Of a stretch of DNA of 64,000 bases, positions 25,421 through 37,905 are shown one piece after another (position 1 is the first letter of the stretch; each line of letters opens with the position of its first letter). The DNA is from Auanema rhodensis. Lineage: Eukaryota; Animalia; Nematoda. The stretch covers positions 7,316,001 to 7,380,000 of the forward strand of contig OZ059895.1 of the NCBI GenBank assembly GCA_964057225.1. Reading direction: 5' to 3'. Both the position numbers and the translations under genes were made by a program. The notes under the pieces are model-generated. The model ran no database searches, was not told the origin of the DNA, and saw only the letters and a program-made list of their open reading frames with translations.

Positions 25421-27066
25421 TTATAAATTATCAAATTGTTTTTGAACGGGTTTTAATTCTGTATCTTCATCAACATCACTAGCTATAACTGTTTCCAAGC
25501 TTTTATTCTGAAACAAACAGTAAATATCTTATAAGAGAATGAAATATTTATTTCATATATATATATATATATAATAAAAATAAATAAACAATACCGAGAT
25601 AACTATATGTTGCTCTTGCTCTCCACCAATGTGACTGTTACCGGATCTTTTTTCTACTCGTTCAACTAGTATACTATGTGGTTTTATTTTTTTGTAAATA
25701 CGTCGATGAATAATAGCTGCTTTCTAAATTATAACATTATAATTACCTAAAACATTGTTAGTTTGTTTTCTTTTATAAACAAAATAATAAAAAAATTATT
25801 ATTTGAAGAAGAAAAAAAATTGAATTGTGCACCTACACGACCAATCAATATTGCATCTTCACTCATAGGTACATCATATTCAAAAGGCAACTGAAACGAA
25901 ACTTTTTTCTACTCTTAATTATATTCAATATTTATTTTAAAAAAATAAAACTATAATATATAATATACCAATAGATTGAAAAGAATATTGTAAACTTGCA
26001 GAGTTTCAGGCGCTACAGCTCTCTCTACAACAACTGAAAATTTTCGATGTCTGTAAAAAATTATATATTATAGTTAAAAAGAGAAAACCAATAATTCAAA
26101 TATAGAATAAAGAAAACACCTAAAATATAAATCATTAATGCGTTCTTCAACATCTTCTTGTGCATGTGTTATAGCACGTCCATTAAAATCGAGGATACAG
26201 TCCCCGGGGCAAAAATACTTGGATGCAATTGTATTATCATCAATCGAAAATAAAATAAAAATAATATTATTTACTATAATTATTAATTAGATATAGCATA
26301 TATATATATAATTAAATTTAAACAAACTCGTATAACATGAGCTTTGTTTTTCACTTGTTTAAGACTGATTCCTAATGGCTCTGGTGGTAATTGAGAAGAC
26401 TAAAATATATAAATATTATATTTAACATAATTATATTATAAGATTATGTATATTATGTTTATGTATATTTCTTACATTAACACATTCAACAATAAAATAT
26501 GAAAATCCATTCATTCGTTGAGCAGCTATCTTATTTAAACGTTCCATCGTTATTGGTATAGCATAAGGACGACGCAGAACTTGAAATGAATTCTAAAATA
26601 AATTAGTTAACTATATCTATATAGTTAAAAGAAAATATTATTCTTATAACTCTAATAAGAGTTCTTACCTCACCAACTTTTAAACTTTTTAAAAAATTTT
26701 TTTGATTAACAACATTATTATTAATTTTAATTATGCGATCACCTATAATATATTGAAAACTATAATATATTATTTGTTAAATTCTAACCAATAATAAGAT
26801 TTTTACTAGATATTGATTCTATATCAACAAATAGAATATACATATCTTGATTTATATAAAATTTTGCATCACTCTATATATTTAACTATATGTATATAAT
26901 ATAAACATATTCTTACATTACATTTGAATGTTACTTTTACATCTTGTAACACATATTGTATATCTGGTTGCAGTTTTATAAAATCTTTTGAATTTCTAAG
27001 TTAAAATATAATTTTTTATGAATAAAAAAACTTTTTAAATTAAAATATATACCTTATTGTTGCCAT
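25421..27066 (-). CDS. Two-PDZ-domain protein of nematode type, about 11 short exons
   Basis: Spliced: ...NLIIGDRIIKINNN... (PDZ1), ...RMNGFSYFIVEC...PLGISLKQVKNKAHVIRIDDNTIASKYFCPGDCILDFNG...FSVVVER (PDZ2), ...DVPMSEDAILIGR...IASDVDEDTELKPVQKQFDNL*. One acceptor is non-canonical (see findings). Confidence 0.8.
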
Positions 27067-28550
27067 TTAAATCCAAAAAAAATTGATAAAATTATTTTTA
27101 ACGTCAAAATTTACGTGTAATGTTTCACGTAAAAATCAATAATTTATTCAATTTTTTTTTGAAATTTTTTCTTATTTATTCAGATGTATACTTGAACAAA
27201 CTGAATTTGTTTTCTGATGATGATGTATCATCAAGTTGACGTCTTCTGGTTCTTTTCAATCGAAAGAACATTTTGGCTAGTTATGAATTTTTCGAATCTT
27301 ATGATCTGAATGATCAAGAATCTTTTCATTTTGGATTATAAGCAGACAAATTTGCCAATTTTTTTTGAAGACCGGTATCTGACCCATAGCTCATACAGAA
27401 AATCTGGTTGAATGAAGTACTTGAATTGTATTGTAAGTGTCGAAAAGTAGAGAATAGCTGGCTGGATAGATGGAAATGATGAACAAGGCTATGAGGTGAA
27501 GTCAACTGGAGCCAGTCTGTAAATGGAGCATCCTGCTCTCTATTCGGCTGGCTCTCTTGATATTTTCAAGTGTACAGTAAGTATAGCCATCTTTCTATCT
27601 CTGTCACACAGACTCTCCTACCCTCTCTCTCATTCCTTATTTCTCACAATCTCTCTTTCTCTCTCTCTCTATCTCTCTCTAAACTACTTTCTCAATCGCT
27701 TCATTTTCATTCCCTCTTATTCGTTCTTTCCTTATTTTCATTTTTCTTTGTCCAAATAAAAACAAACTATCTCAATATGTATGTATGAAAGATGAATACC
27801 AGAGGTAGTGTGAAAGGCGGAGTCCAAACTCCCAATGTCACTGACGGACCAATGACACCATCTTCATTTCGAGCATCATCTGAATCGAGAAAAACACATA
27901 TCTTCACGTCGTCAGCTTCTGCTTGTACACGTCCTTCATTTCACAAATTTGTTTTCATTTCCATGTATCATCTCCTATGATACATATTTCTATGAATCGT
28001 ATTAATATCCTCATCTGACCTTGATATAGGCATATGTTAAGCAAAATGCGAAGTTTTTTCCCAACAAATACTTGATGATGATGATGAAGTAGGAGGATTT
28101 GTCATCTCTCATCAAAATGTATTTCTTAGCTTTCTCATCAGAAAAATTCTTTACAATTTTTACCTTTTCTATCATTCATATAATCATTTCAATACACGAT
28201 TCATGTTTGTATATTGGCATTTATGTCTTTTTTTTTTGAGATTTTTCAATAGAAAAATTCTCCTTTTCAATCACCTTCATCATCCACAATCTTCGAACTT
28301 TTTCTATCTTCAATCTCTTTTACATGCTCTCTCTTTGGCTCTTAACATATGACTATCACATTCTTTATTTTTCATGAGTTTTGTCATGACATTATGATGA
28401 AATTTTTGTGAAAAAAGCAGCATTCTCTATAGCTTTGTAGTTCATTCATGTTTAAGAAATTTTTGTTATTTAGTAATCTATCTATATACTTTATAATATT
28501 ATATAACATACATAGATGTATATTACTTTTTCTTTTTTAGATTTTTACGA

Positions 28551-29544
28551 ATGCGTCCAATTATTGGTGTAGCTCTGTTGACTGTTTTGGCTTACAGCCA
28601 ACAATTATCTTCTGATAACTCAGACAGTCTACTATCACTCGATTCTGATTCTAATATTAGATCCAAAAGAAGTTATTATGGTGGTTATGATTCATATGGA
28701 TAGTAGGTTTTATATTTATTTTTCTCCATACTTCATTGTATTGTAAATCAATTTTTGGATAACTGCTTCATGTCTTGTTGCTATATAACATCGTCATATC
28801 TTATAGTTTACAAGTAATAAAAGCTTAATCTTATAAAATTAATTTATTTAATAACATAATTTATGATTTTAGTGATGGCGATTTCTGGTATGCTGGAAGA
28901 ATATTTGGAATAATCATCGGATCATTGTTGTTCTTGGTTTGTTGCTGTGCTCCATGTATCTGTCTTCTTGGTATATGGTATGTTATATTATTTATATATA
29001 AATATTATATGTAAATATAATATTTTAAGGTTTTTGGGATGGTTTGGTTTTCGAAAAAGTCGTCAAACACGAGATAATAAAGGTACGATCTTAGATATTC
29101 TATATAAAACTTTTATAATTAAGAGTAATTTGAAGAAAATATTAATGTTTCGTATTCGTAATGAATCATTTTATTATATTATACTTCAGTTTAGCCTCAG
29201 TCATGCAACATCCCCAACCACAAGCTGTACCAGTAGTAGCTTCTGTTCCTCCTGAAATGCCGGCTGTATCGACTATCTATACCTCACCTCCTCGTACTCG
29301 ACACGTTGTCGTTGATACGGTTCCTCCACCTCGTCATTCAGATGTATGAAATAATCTTAAAATCATCAAATTATTATATTTTTTAAAATTATATGTATAA
29401 TTATAATTTTGTTTACAAAAAATTAATTAATTTCAGCTGCGTCCTGGTGATCAAATCATCTATCAGGCTGAAGATCGGTACTATTCGTCATCTGCTCCAA
29501 ATTCTAATACACGACCAGATGCATATCGTAATAGTAACTTCTAA
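28551..29544 (+). CDS. Small type I membrane protein: signal peptide, RSKR furin site, Tyr/Gly-rich stub, Cys-rich TM region, Pro-rich tail; 5 exons
   Basis: MRPIIGVALLTVLAYSQ...NIRSKRSYYGGYDSYGY|DGDFWYAGRIFGIIIGSLLFLVCCCAPCICLLGIW|FLGWFGFRKSR...|...VPPPRHSD|LRPGDQIIY...YRNSNF*. TTTTAG acceptor 10 nt before the ATG. Confidence 0.85.
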
Positions 29545-30479
29545 ATTTTATATTTTAGATTAAAACTATATGTGTGTGTAAATATAAAATCATATAGATT
29601 ATATCAAATATCATATACATATGTAGTTTTATTTTTTGATCTTCATTCCTCATAAATTCCAGTTCACAGTCAGATTTTATGCTTTCAATATGTTTTTTTT
29701 TTCAATTTAATATATATTTTTTCAAAAAAAAATCTGTGATATTTAGACTTTTCAGTTTTTTTTTCATATGATAACTTATCTATCTATGTATAATTCATAT
29801 GAAAATATATACTATATATTACTATAATATTATATGCAAATATTGTGCAAAAATACGTATGATATATACTGTGTCGAATAAATTTAAATAAAATATTTTA
29901 TTTTATATAATAAAAAAATATTTAAAAAAAAAAACATATTAAGTTACTCGTTCGTTCAAAGATCAAAAAAAAATAAAAGAAAAACGTTAATGAATTCTAT
30001 TGAAAATGAAGAAAAAAGATGAGACAGTTGAACAAGTGGCAGAAGTCTAGAGATTAAGAGGAAGCTTGAAATGGAGAAATGGAATCAAACTCTTATTCTA
30101 TTTTAACACTGTGAATCAATTTTCAAGTTTTACGATGAAATGAGCATTGTTGAAAAAAAATTTATTTATACTCTTGAAAATTTTATTCTTTATTCTAATA
30201 ATTTTCACAAATAAGTCTTTATTTAAAAAACAATGAAGCTTATTGAAGTATTGAACAATTTCTTGGGACATTGAACACATATAAACCTCATTTAACTGGG
30301 TTAATTAAAAATTAATTTTTGATATAGAAGCTTAAATAATACATATTTTCTATTAATTACACCAAGCTTAAACAATAATTTTTAAATTAAAGAATCAAAT
30401 CAGCTGATATCCTTGTACGCTCTTTTTCTTATTTTCATTCAAGCCATCTTTGTACAAGTCTCTAAGCAATTGACTGAAA

Positions 30480-30745
30480 CAGCCATTGGCAGCAACTCTT
30501 ATGCCGAATGGGTAGATCTGTGCCCTTCCGTTCGATGACGTCACGCACCCGCACCGCGTATGATCGCGTCGCGGCTTGGATTGGCTCGGCCCTGCTGCTG
30601 TGTGTGTTGGTGCGTCTGCGATGCCGTTGATGCTTTTCATTTTATTCCTTGATATTTATTTTTAATTGATTTATTTTGTTTATTTTTTTATTGATTTTAA
30701 GTGTATGTAAAGTTGGTGATAAGCTGTTGATAATAACTGATAAGG
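30480..30745 (+). promoter_or_regulatory. GC-rich promoter island upstream of gpb-2 with a perfect CRE, an inverted CCAAT and a GATA cluster
   Basis: TGACGTCA at 30536-30543, ATTGG at 30580-30584, three TGATAA at about 30716-30743; CpG-rich within an AT-rich background. Confidence 0.55.
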
Positions 30746-31130
30746 TGGTTGTTTTATCGGCAAAGTGCAGTTTACGATTATTTGCTATAGGTTTTTTTTA
30801 CAGCTCTTTCTCATTTTTCTTTAAATCTGGAATTTTTTAAATTTATTACTAATATTTATTATAAAATTTATTATGATTTTTTTTGTAAATGCCAAAAAAA
30901 TTTATTTTTTATTTTAAATATCAAAATATAATCGAATTAAGTTTCAATAGTCAGCTAGCTGAACAAAAATAATTATATTCCAATTTTGATTGCTGTGAGA
31001 AGATGTGCCACAATAAAATATTATTTATTTTTTGTATTAATTGCTTTTATGCGGATTTCTTATATTTTTCCTTGTTATGATTGAACATAATTTCCAGATT
31101 ATGTCAATCAGTTCATAGTTGCCTGAGCGA

Positions 31131-33272
31131 ATGCCAGATATTGAATCGGACGACAAACCGTCGACGTCCAAAGAAACTGGGTCGACGTCTGCTTCAGCTT
31201 CTACTTCCGTACCTTCCGCACCCGCATCCTCCAGCAAAATGCCGGAGAATGCTGCACCAAGTAGTCAGGACCCTGCTTCTAGGTTGGTTATCACGTGATG
31301 GACATTTTTTCTTACATTTCGTTTGCTACTCTTTTAAAAATAATTTTGTTCTGAACTTCAGAAAATTATCTCGGTAGGTTTGTAATGTAACTTTATTGGG
31401 TGTAAGTACATCTAGGAATGTGTATTGTTCTCTTTGACTAAATATGCGAGTGATGAATTGCGGCTGGTTTTGGCCGGCTTGCTGCACACTAATTTGACCG
31501 CGTTCAAATGCTTGGTCTGGGTCTAAATGTTGATTATGCTTGGGGCTATGCAGGAACTTGTGTGATTGTGCCTTAGATGAATTATTTTTGCTAAGTATCT
31601 GGTTATGAGAGAAACGTTGTGGGAAATATGTCAAGTTTCGTGAATAGTCGTTGTCTACCTACTAATTTCAGAGGTGATCAAATTGAACTTCTTGCCAAAG
31701 AAGCTGAAGAGCTTCGCAAAAAATTAGATGCAGAACGCCAAAAGCTTAATGATATTCCAAGTACGTAGCTAATTTAGTTTTTTTTTTCAATTTTATTTTA
31801 ATTGGTTAATCAATAATCCCATGTTTTAGTTCAACAAGCGGCTGAGCGCTTGCCCGAGCTTCAAAATATGGGAATTAAGCAGAGACGGATTTTGAAGGGC
31901 CATGTCGGAAAGGTCCTTTGTATGGATTGGTCATTGGATAGACGTCACATTGTTTCATCTTCCCAGGTTAGACTTTTTTGTCCATATTTCTAGTATTATG
32001 TAAATGATCGATAGTTCATTATTTTTTTATTAAATTCAAAGTTTTTTTAGGACGGAAAAGTCATAGTATGGGATGGATTCACAACTAATAAAGAACATGC
32101 TTTGACTATGCCAACTACTTGGGTGATGGCCTGTGCTTATTCTCCCACAAGCACAATGATCGCTTGCGGGTAAGACGAACATATTATATAGTATTCTTAT
32201 GTGAGAAATATTTTCAGAGGTTTGGATAATAAATGTAGTGTGGTTCCTTTGTCTTTTGATGATGATATTCTTCAAAAGAAAAGAAGTGTTGCCACCCACA
32301 CTTCTTACATGAGTTGCTGTATGTTTTTGCGATCTGATAACCTTCTTCTTACCGGTAGTGGAGATTCAACTTGTGCTATATGGGATGTAGAAAGTGGCCA
32401 GGTATAAATAATTGAATTTTGATGAAAATTTCTTATGTTATATCTTCAGATGATTCAAAATTTCCATGGTCACACGGGTGACGTTTTTGCCATTGATGTT
32501 CCTAAGTGTGACACAGGTAATACATTCATATCGGCTGGTGCTGATAAGCATTCTCTTGTTTGGGATATAAGGTAAATAACGTTTATTATGTTTTAACATT
32601 GGTAATTATTTTATTGTAGAACTGGACAATGTGTACAGTCCTTTGAAGGTCACGAAGCTGATATTAACACCGTTCGTTTTCATCCCAATGGTGATGCTTT
32701 TGCTACGGGATCAGATGATGCTTCGGTACGAAATTAGGCTAAAACTGCAATCTATTTTCTTTGTTTTTAGTGTCGTCTGTTCGATCTTCGCGCTGACAGA
32801 CAAGTATGTGTTTATGAGAAAGAATCTATCCTATTCCCTGTCAACGGAGTAGATTTCAGTTTGAGCGGTAGATCAATATACTCTTTACGACTTGAAGTAT
32901 AAATATGTTGTTTAGGTCGAATTCTTTTCGCTGGATATGGTGACTATAGAGTAGGTGTCTGGGATACTTTGAAATGTGTCCGTAATGCTGTGCTTTACGG
33001 ACACGAAAATCGTATCAGTTGTCTTCGTACTTCACCTGATGGAACTGCTGTATGTAGTGCCAGTTGGGATGCCACGATTCGAGTAAGTTATAAACTTTTT
33101 CAGAACGTTTAGAACTGTTGCATTCCTCTTAATTATCTATTCTATTTCAAAGCATTCCTAAACCTAAATTTACACTATTTGTAAATTATAAGAAAATGCC
33201 TAAATTTCATAATCCAAAATATTATATATTCAGATATCTATTTAAAAAAAACTTTTTTAGATCTGGGCCTGA
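31131..33272 (+). CDS. gpb-2: G protein beta-5 subunit (WD40); conserved start probably 31239 (MPEN), upstream in-frame ATG at 31131
   Basis: Spliced translation closely matches C. elegans GPB-2 as I recall it: [97 protein letters not shown]. Confidence 0.97.
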
Positions 33273-33951
33273 GCGTTCTATAACGAGCGGCTGTTGCGCT
33301 TTTTTGCAACTATCACTTCTTTTACCCTTTTTGTCGTACCTGTTGAAAGGATGCTCTTTTTTTCCCTCAACCTTTTGCAAATTGCATAGCTTATATATAC
33401 ATACATACATATAATATATATTTAAAATAATACTTGTCCTCCTCCTTATCTAGTCATAATTATATTCATGTTTATAACTTTAAATGATCGGTTGAAACAT
33501 AATGTGGATGCTGCACACGCTTTGTATAATATGTTATCTGCCATATTGAAACCTACTTTGGGAGCTTTTCTTATACAGTATCCTCAGTTTTCCGCCCTTT
33601 CAATTCAGTACCTGCTTCTCTTTGTATAATTGATTCTCTTAATATTTAGGTAGACTGTTGACTACTAACAAAGGTTACGCTATTTATTAACATTAATAAA
33701 TAGATTAAGGTGCTGAAGACGTGTACGTCCCTTTTCAAAAAATCATGAAAAACCAAAGAAATGACACAAAATATACAAATATAAATATGACGAACATTGA
33801 TTATTTCATACTGTATTGCATTAAAATAATTTAATATAATAATTTAGCTATATCAAAGAGACCATAATTAGAAGTTATCTTTGAGGCAATGGATTAAGTT
33901 TGTGCAATGTTTAGAGATTTTTATGTAAAATCCATAATGAGGGATACGACT

Positions 33952-36900
33952 TTAGTCGAGTATGCAACCAGCAGTCAACTGCTTCAATTCCTGATGCAAA
34001 TCTCCAATATTGGCATCAGTATACACACGTGATGGATTGCCAGTTATCTTTACTAACTCCTTACGTGAAATTGGATACTGAAATAGAAATGTTTTAGAAT
34101 AATGTTCCATGAATTCATATTTGGTTATAAAATTTGAAAACGTACATGATGGTTAATAGCAACAGCATATGTATTTGGAACAAGATTACGTAACAGGCGT
34201 GATTCTTCATCAATTGACTTGTGTCCAAAACCATCAGTAAACATAATAACAACAGGCTTTGCAATTCCCGGTCTGGCTCCCTTTTCCACCGTATACTCCG
34301 AAATAGCCTTGAAATGAAATAAAATTGATTAGCTAACAGCTAAACACTTAGTCATTACAGTAATTTACAGAAAAATCTCGAACTCTACAACTTTGATTTT
34401 TGAACTAAAGAAAGGCTTACCCGAAGAATTGCAGCATGAATTGCTGTAGTTCCTGATGTAAATGGAACTGTTTGTAATTTACGAAGTATACGAGATCGAT
34501 CCTGTGGATCGTTCAATGACCAAATGGTTTTTACTTTATGTGAAGCAGCAAATTTGATTAATGAAAACTGAAATAACTCAATTCTAACTATATCATTATA
34601 GTTTAGTTGCGCATACTCTTGCATTTTCTGGACCGACTCGGAAAAGATCCATAATTCCTGTAGCTAATTCTTTTTCTCGTTTGAATGTTTCTTCTACACT
34701 TCCGGAAGCATCGAGAACCATTATAACATCAAACAGACAACCAGGTCGGAATGTTGTAGTGGCTTCAATCTCATTTTCTTTGGCTATTGGACGAGAATGG
34801 AAGAAAGCAGCAAATGATGGTAAAGTTGTAACCGTATTTTCTCTGAAAAATATTTTTTTTAAATTAGAAGATATGAATGAAAGTAAAATTTTCTTTTAAT
34901 TTCAATAAATCAGTGTGACATATCACGAAACAACCATTCTTTTTGTCTACATGAACGAAACTTACGTGGCTGCTGTAATGGGCAGCGTTGTTGGAACCTG
35001 GGTTACGGTAGCTGGTAGACTTGATAACCTGAAGCAAACCTATGAAATGAAATATGATTGTTAAAGCTTACAGAGCAGGTGTTAAATTCATTTTCTTTGC
35101 TTTTTTCGTGTATCTAAATCATATATTTCATAATAATCTAAACATTTTTTTAAAAATTACCTTAAAAGAATAATTTTTTTTGGTTTTACAGTTGTTAATT
35201 CCGAAGATGAATCAGTTATTATTTTACCATCTCGTTCAGCTAATTCATCCTAACAAATTTTTCGAAATTAATGATTTATATCAAATATCTGTTGCTACTT
35301 TCTTATCTTGCAGTCTAGATTTGAGATCAATTGGTTCACCGGTCAAATCAATGCCAGCTTCTTCAGCTTCAGCTTGATGACGTCCAACTCTCAATGGTCC
35401 TTTAATTGAAATAATAAAATCATTTTATATATATAAGTGTATAGTTAATACCAATAGTACTGTAAATACCATCTGTATGACCTAGATGAGTATTAGCATC
35501 TCGGAGGAGTTTGAAAGCAAACGCTCGTCGTTCAAGTAATTCCTATAAGAATAACCGTTAAATTTAATGTTTGAATTATTGTTTCATACCGTATGACAAG
35601 CAGGAAGTAATTTCTTTGCTTTAGCAGCCATAATTTTAATTTTTTCGACGAATAATGCATTTCGATCATAGTTGAATACGTGATCATGATTTGAAGTGAA
35701 TTGGGATAATGCCTCTACATCTGTATGTGTTGATGAGTCAACAGCCAAAGTTGCAAAGTTACTTCTCTGTAAACAAAGCTTCATATAGTTTTCAGACAAT
35801 GACAAATATATTAAGCATATATAGATAATGTTGTTTACTAATAACAACAAATAGCAACAAGAATAGTTACCGATTGTAATTGGCTAATAATCTTTTCTTT
35901 CAGATTTGGTTTATCCACACTATTACCATCCCCAACAATGACAATAGCACTATGACGATCTGGTCTATAAATTTATGAAATTCGAATCAAATCTTTGATA
36001 GATATAGATATATCTTTCTATATATATATATCTATATATATAGATTTATTGTTTTGTTTTTTCAATCGAAAAAATAAATTTTTGTAAACAAAAATATTTA
36101 CTTTGACTGTATATCAAGCATTTCAAGCCCGATTTCGACAGCTTCAGCATATGATACAGTTCCAGTAGTAGCTTGAATAGCTTCAATCTAGAAATAATAA
36201 TAGTTAAAGCTTATTTTGATTATATCTCATTAGATATATCATATAAATCGTTTAAGGACTATTACTGTAATATTACGGTAATGATGTCATAGACATACAT
36301 TTGTGAAAATACGATCACGCTTTGAAATAGTTGTAAAAGGTAAAATGATCTTTGGTTGTCCTCCAAGTGATAGAACTGATACACGTACATGTGTCTCATT
36401 AACCAGAGAGCCTACAATATGATTAATTATATGATATAGTTATATAGTATGAAAAAAATCAAAAACGAAAGATATATTATAGAAACCTAGAACATCAAGC
36501 AAGAGGTAGCGATTAGAATTAACTGTTGGATCTTTCATATTATTCGATTTGTCAGTGTTATCGAACAGGAATAACAGATCAAGTGTAGGATTGACCGAGC
36601 AACCGTTCTGGTCATCAAGATGATGACGTGATCGGCTAAATTGACTTTCATCTTCATCACAATTCTTGTCGACCTTCAGAAGCTGTACAACATCAGATAA
36701 AAATCTGTAAAATAAGGAAAAGTTGTACGACTTAAACTATTTCAAACAATTTTTAAAGAGAATGAACTTTGGAATATCTATATATTCACTATATATTCGT
36801 ATAATTTTTAATTATAATCTTCAAAAACATATGTTATTATTCATAAACTATAGTATACATTATTTGTTTTTTTTTTAAAAATGTATTTTCTTATCAAATA

Positions 36901-37856
36901 ATAATTTTGTTTTTCTACTTAATACTTTTTAATCTGCCATATAAGTTATAAGCTTTCTATATTAATATATTGATTATTTGTTTATTTTGTTATAATTTAT
37001 ATTTAATTTTTCTCAAAATAATTCTTTTTAAGTTGGAATTCTTTGAAATTGCCATATTCACACTCGCACTCTCAATCTTTAGGGTAATGAGTTTCTAGGA
37101 AAAACAAAGGAAAAATTTAATTTTATTTTTCAAACCGGTATAAACGAAACAAGAATTATAACAGAATACTATTTAGTTATTTCATCTTAACATTTGTAAA
37201 TTCATGTTGAAACATACATAACGTCATTTCAAATTAAATTCTTCTTCATTAACATTATCTAGAGCTTAATTCATATTAAATTATAAATATTACATATATC
37301 CTTAACTATATATATATAGCTAAGAATATATGTAATATTTTAGCTTAGTTGTGATACGGTACTTTCTTCATTGAGCAATGTGCATTAATTCCAATGAGTC
37401 TAGTATATTTAAGAGGCTGGTAGTTCAAATGAAAATGTTAGCCTGAGGCAAATAGCTAGAAAAGCTTGATGCATCATGACAAGTGAGCAAATTTTAGTTT
37501 TCTTGACTATATTTATCTTTAAATTTTCCTATTTGAGCTTTGAAGTCAATAGTATTGATCATCTGACGCCATTCTCATTCAGTTATACGCAAAGGGGTAT
37601 CGACAACGACGACGACAATCTAGATGAATCGTTTTTCAATCAACGGCTCAAATATGAATGACGTTGACGTTTCTCGATGTGTGTTTGCATTTTCATCATT
37701 TTTAAAAAAATTTATAATCTCTAAAATCTATTTAATAACAATGATATTTCTTAATTGAAGTATATGTACCGTAGACTAACGGTTTCATGCATTCTATAAC
37801 TTTTTCTTCTTCTTTTTCTCTTTTACTCTCTTCATTCCTCTTTTCTCTCTCTCTCC

Positions 37857-37905
<49 letters not shown>

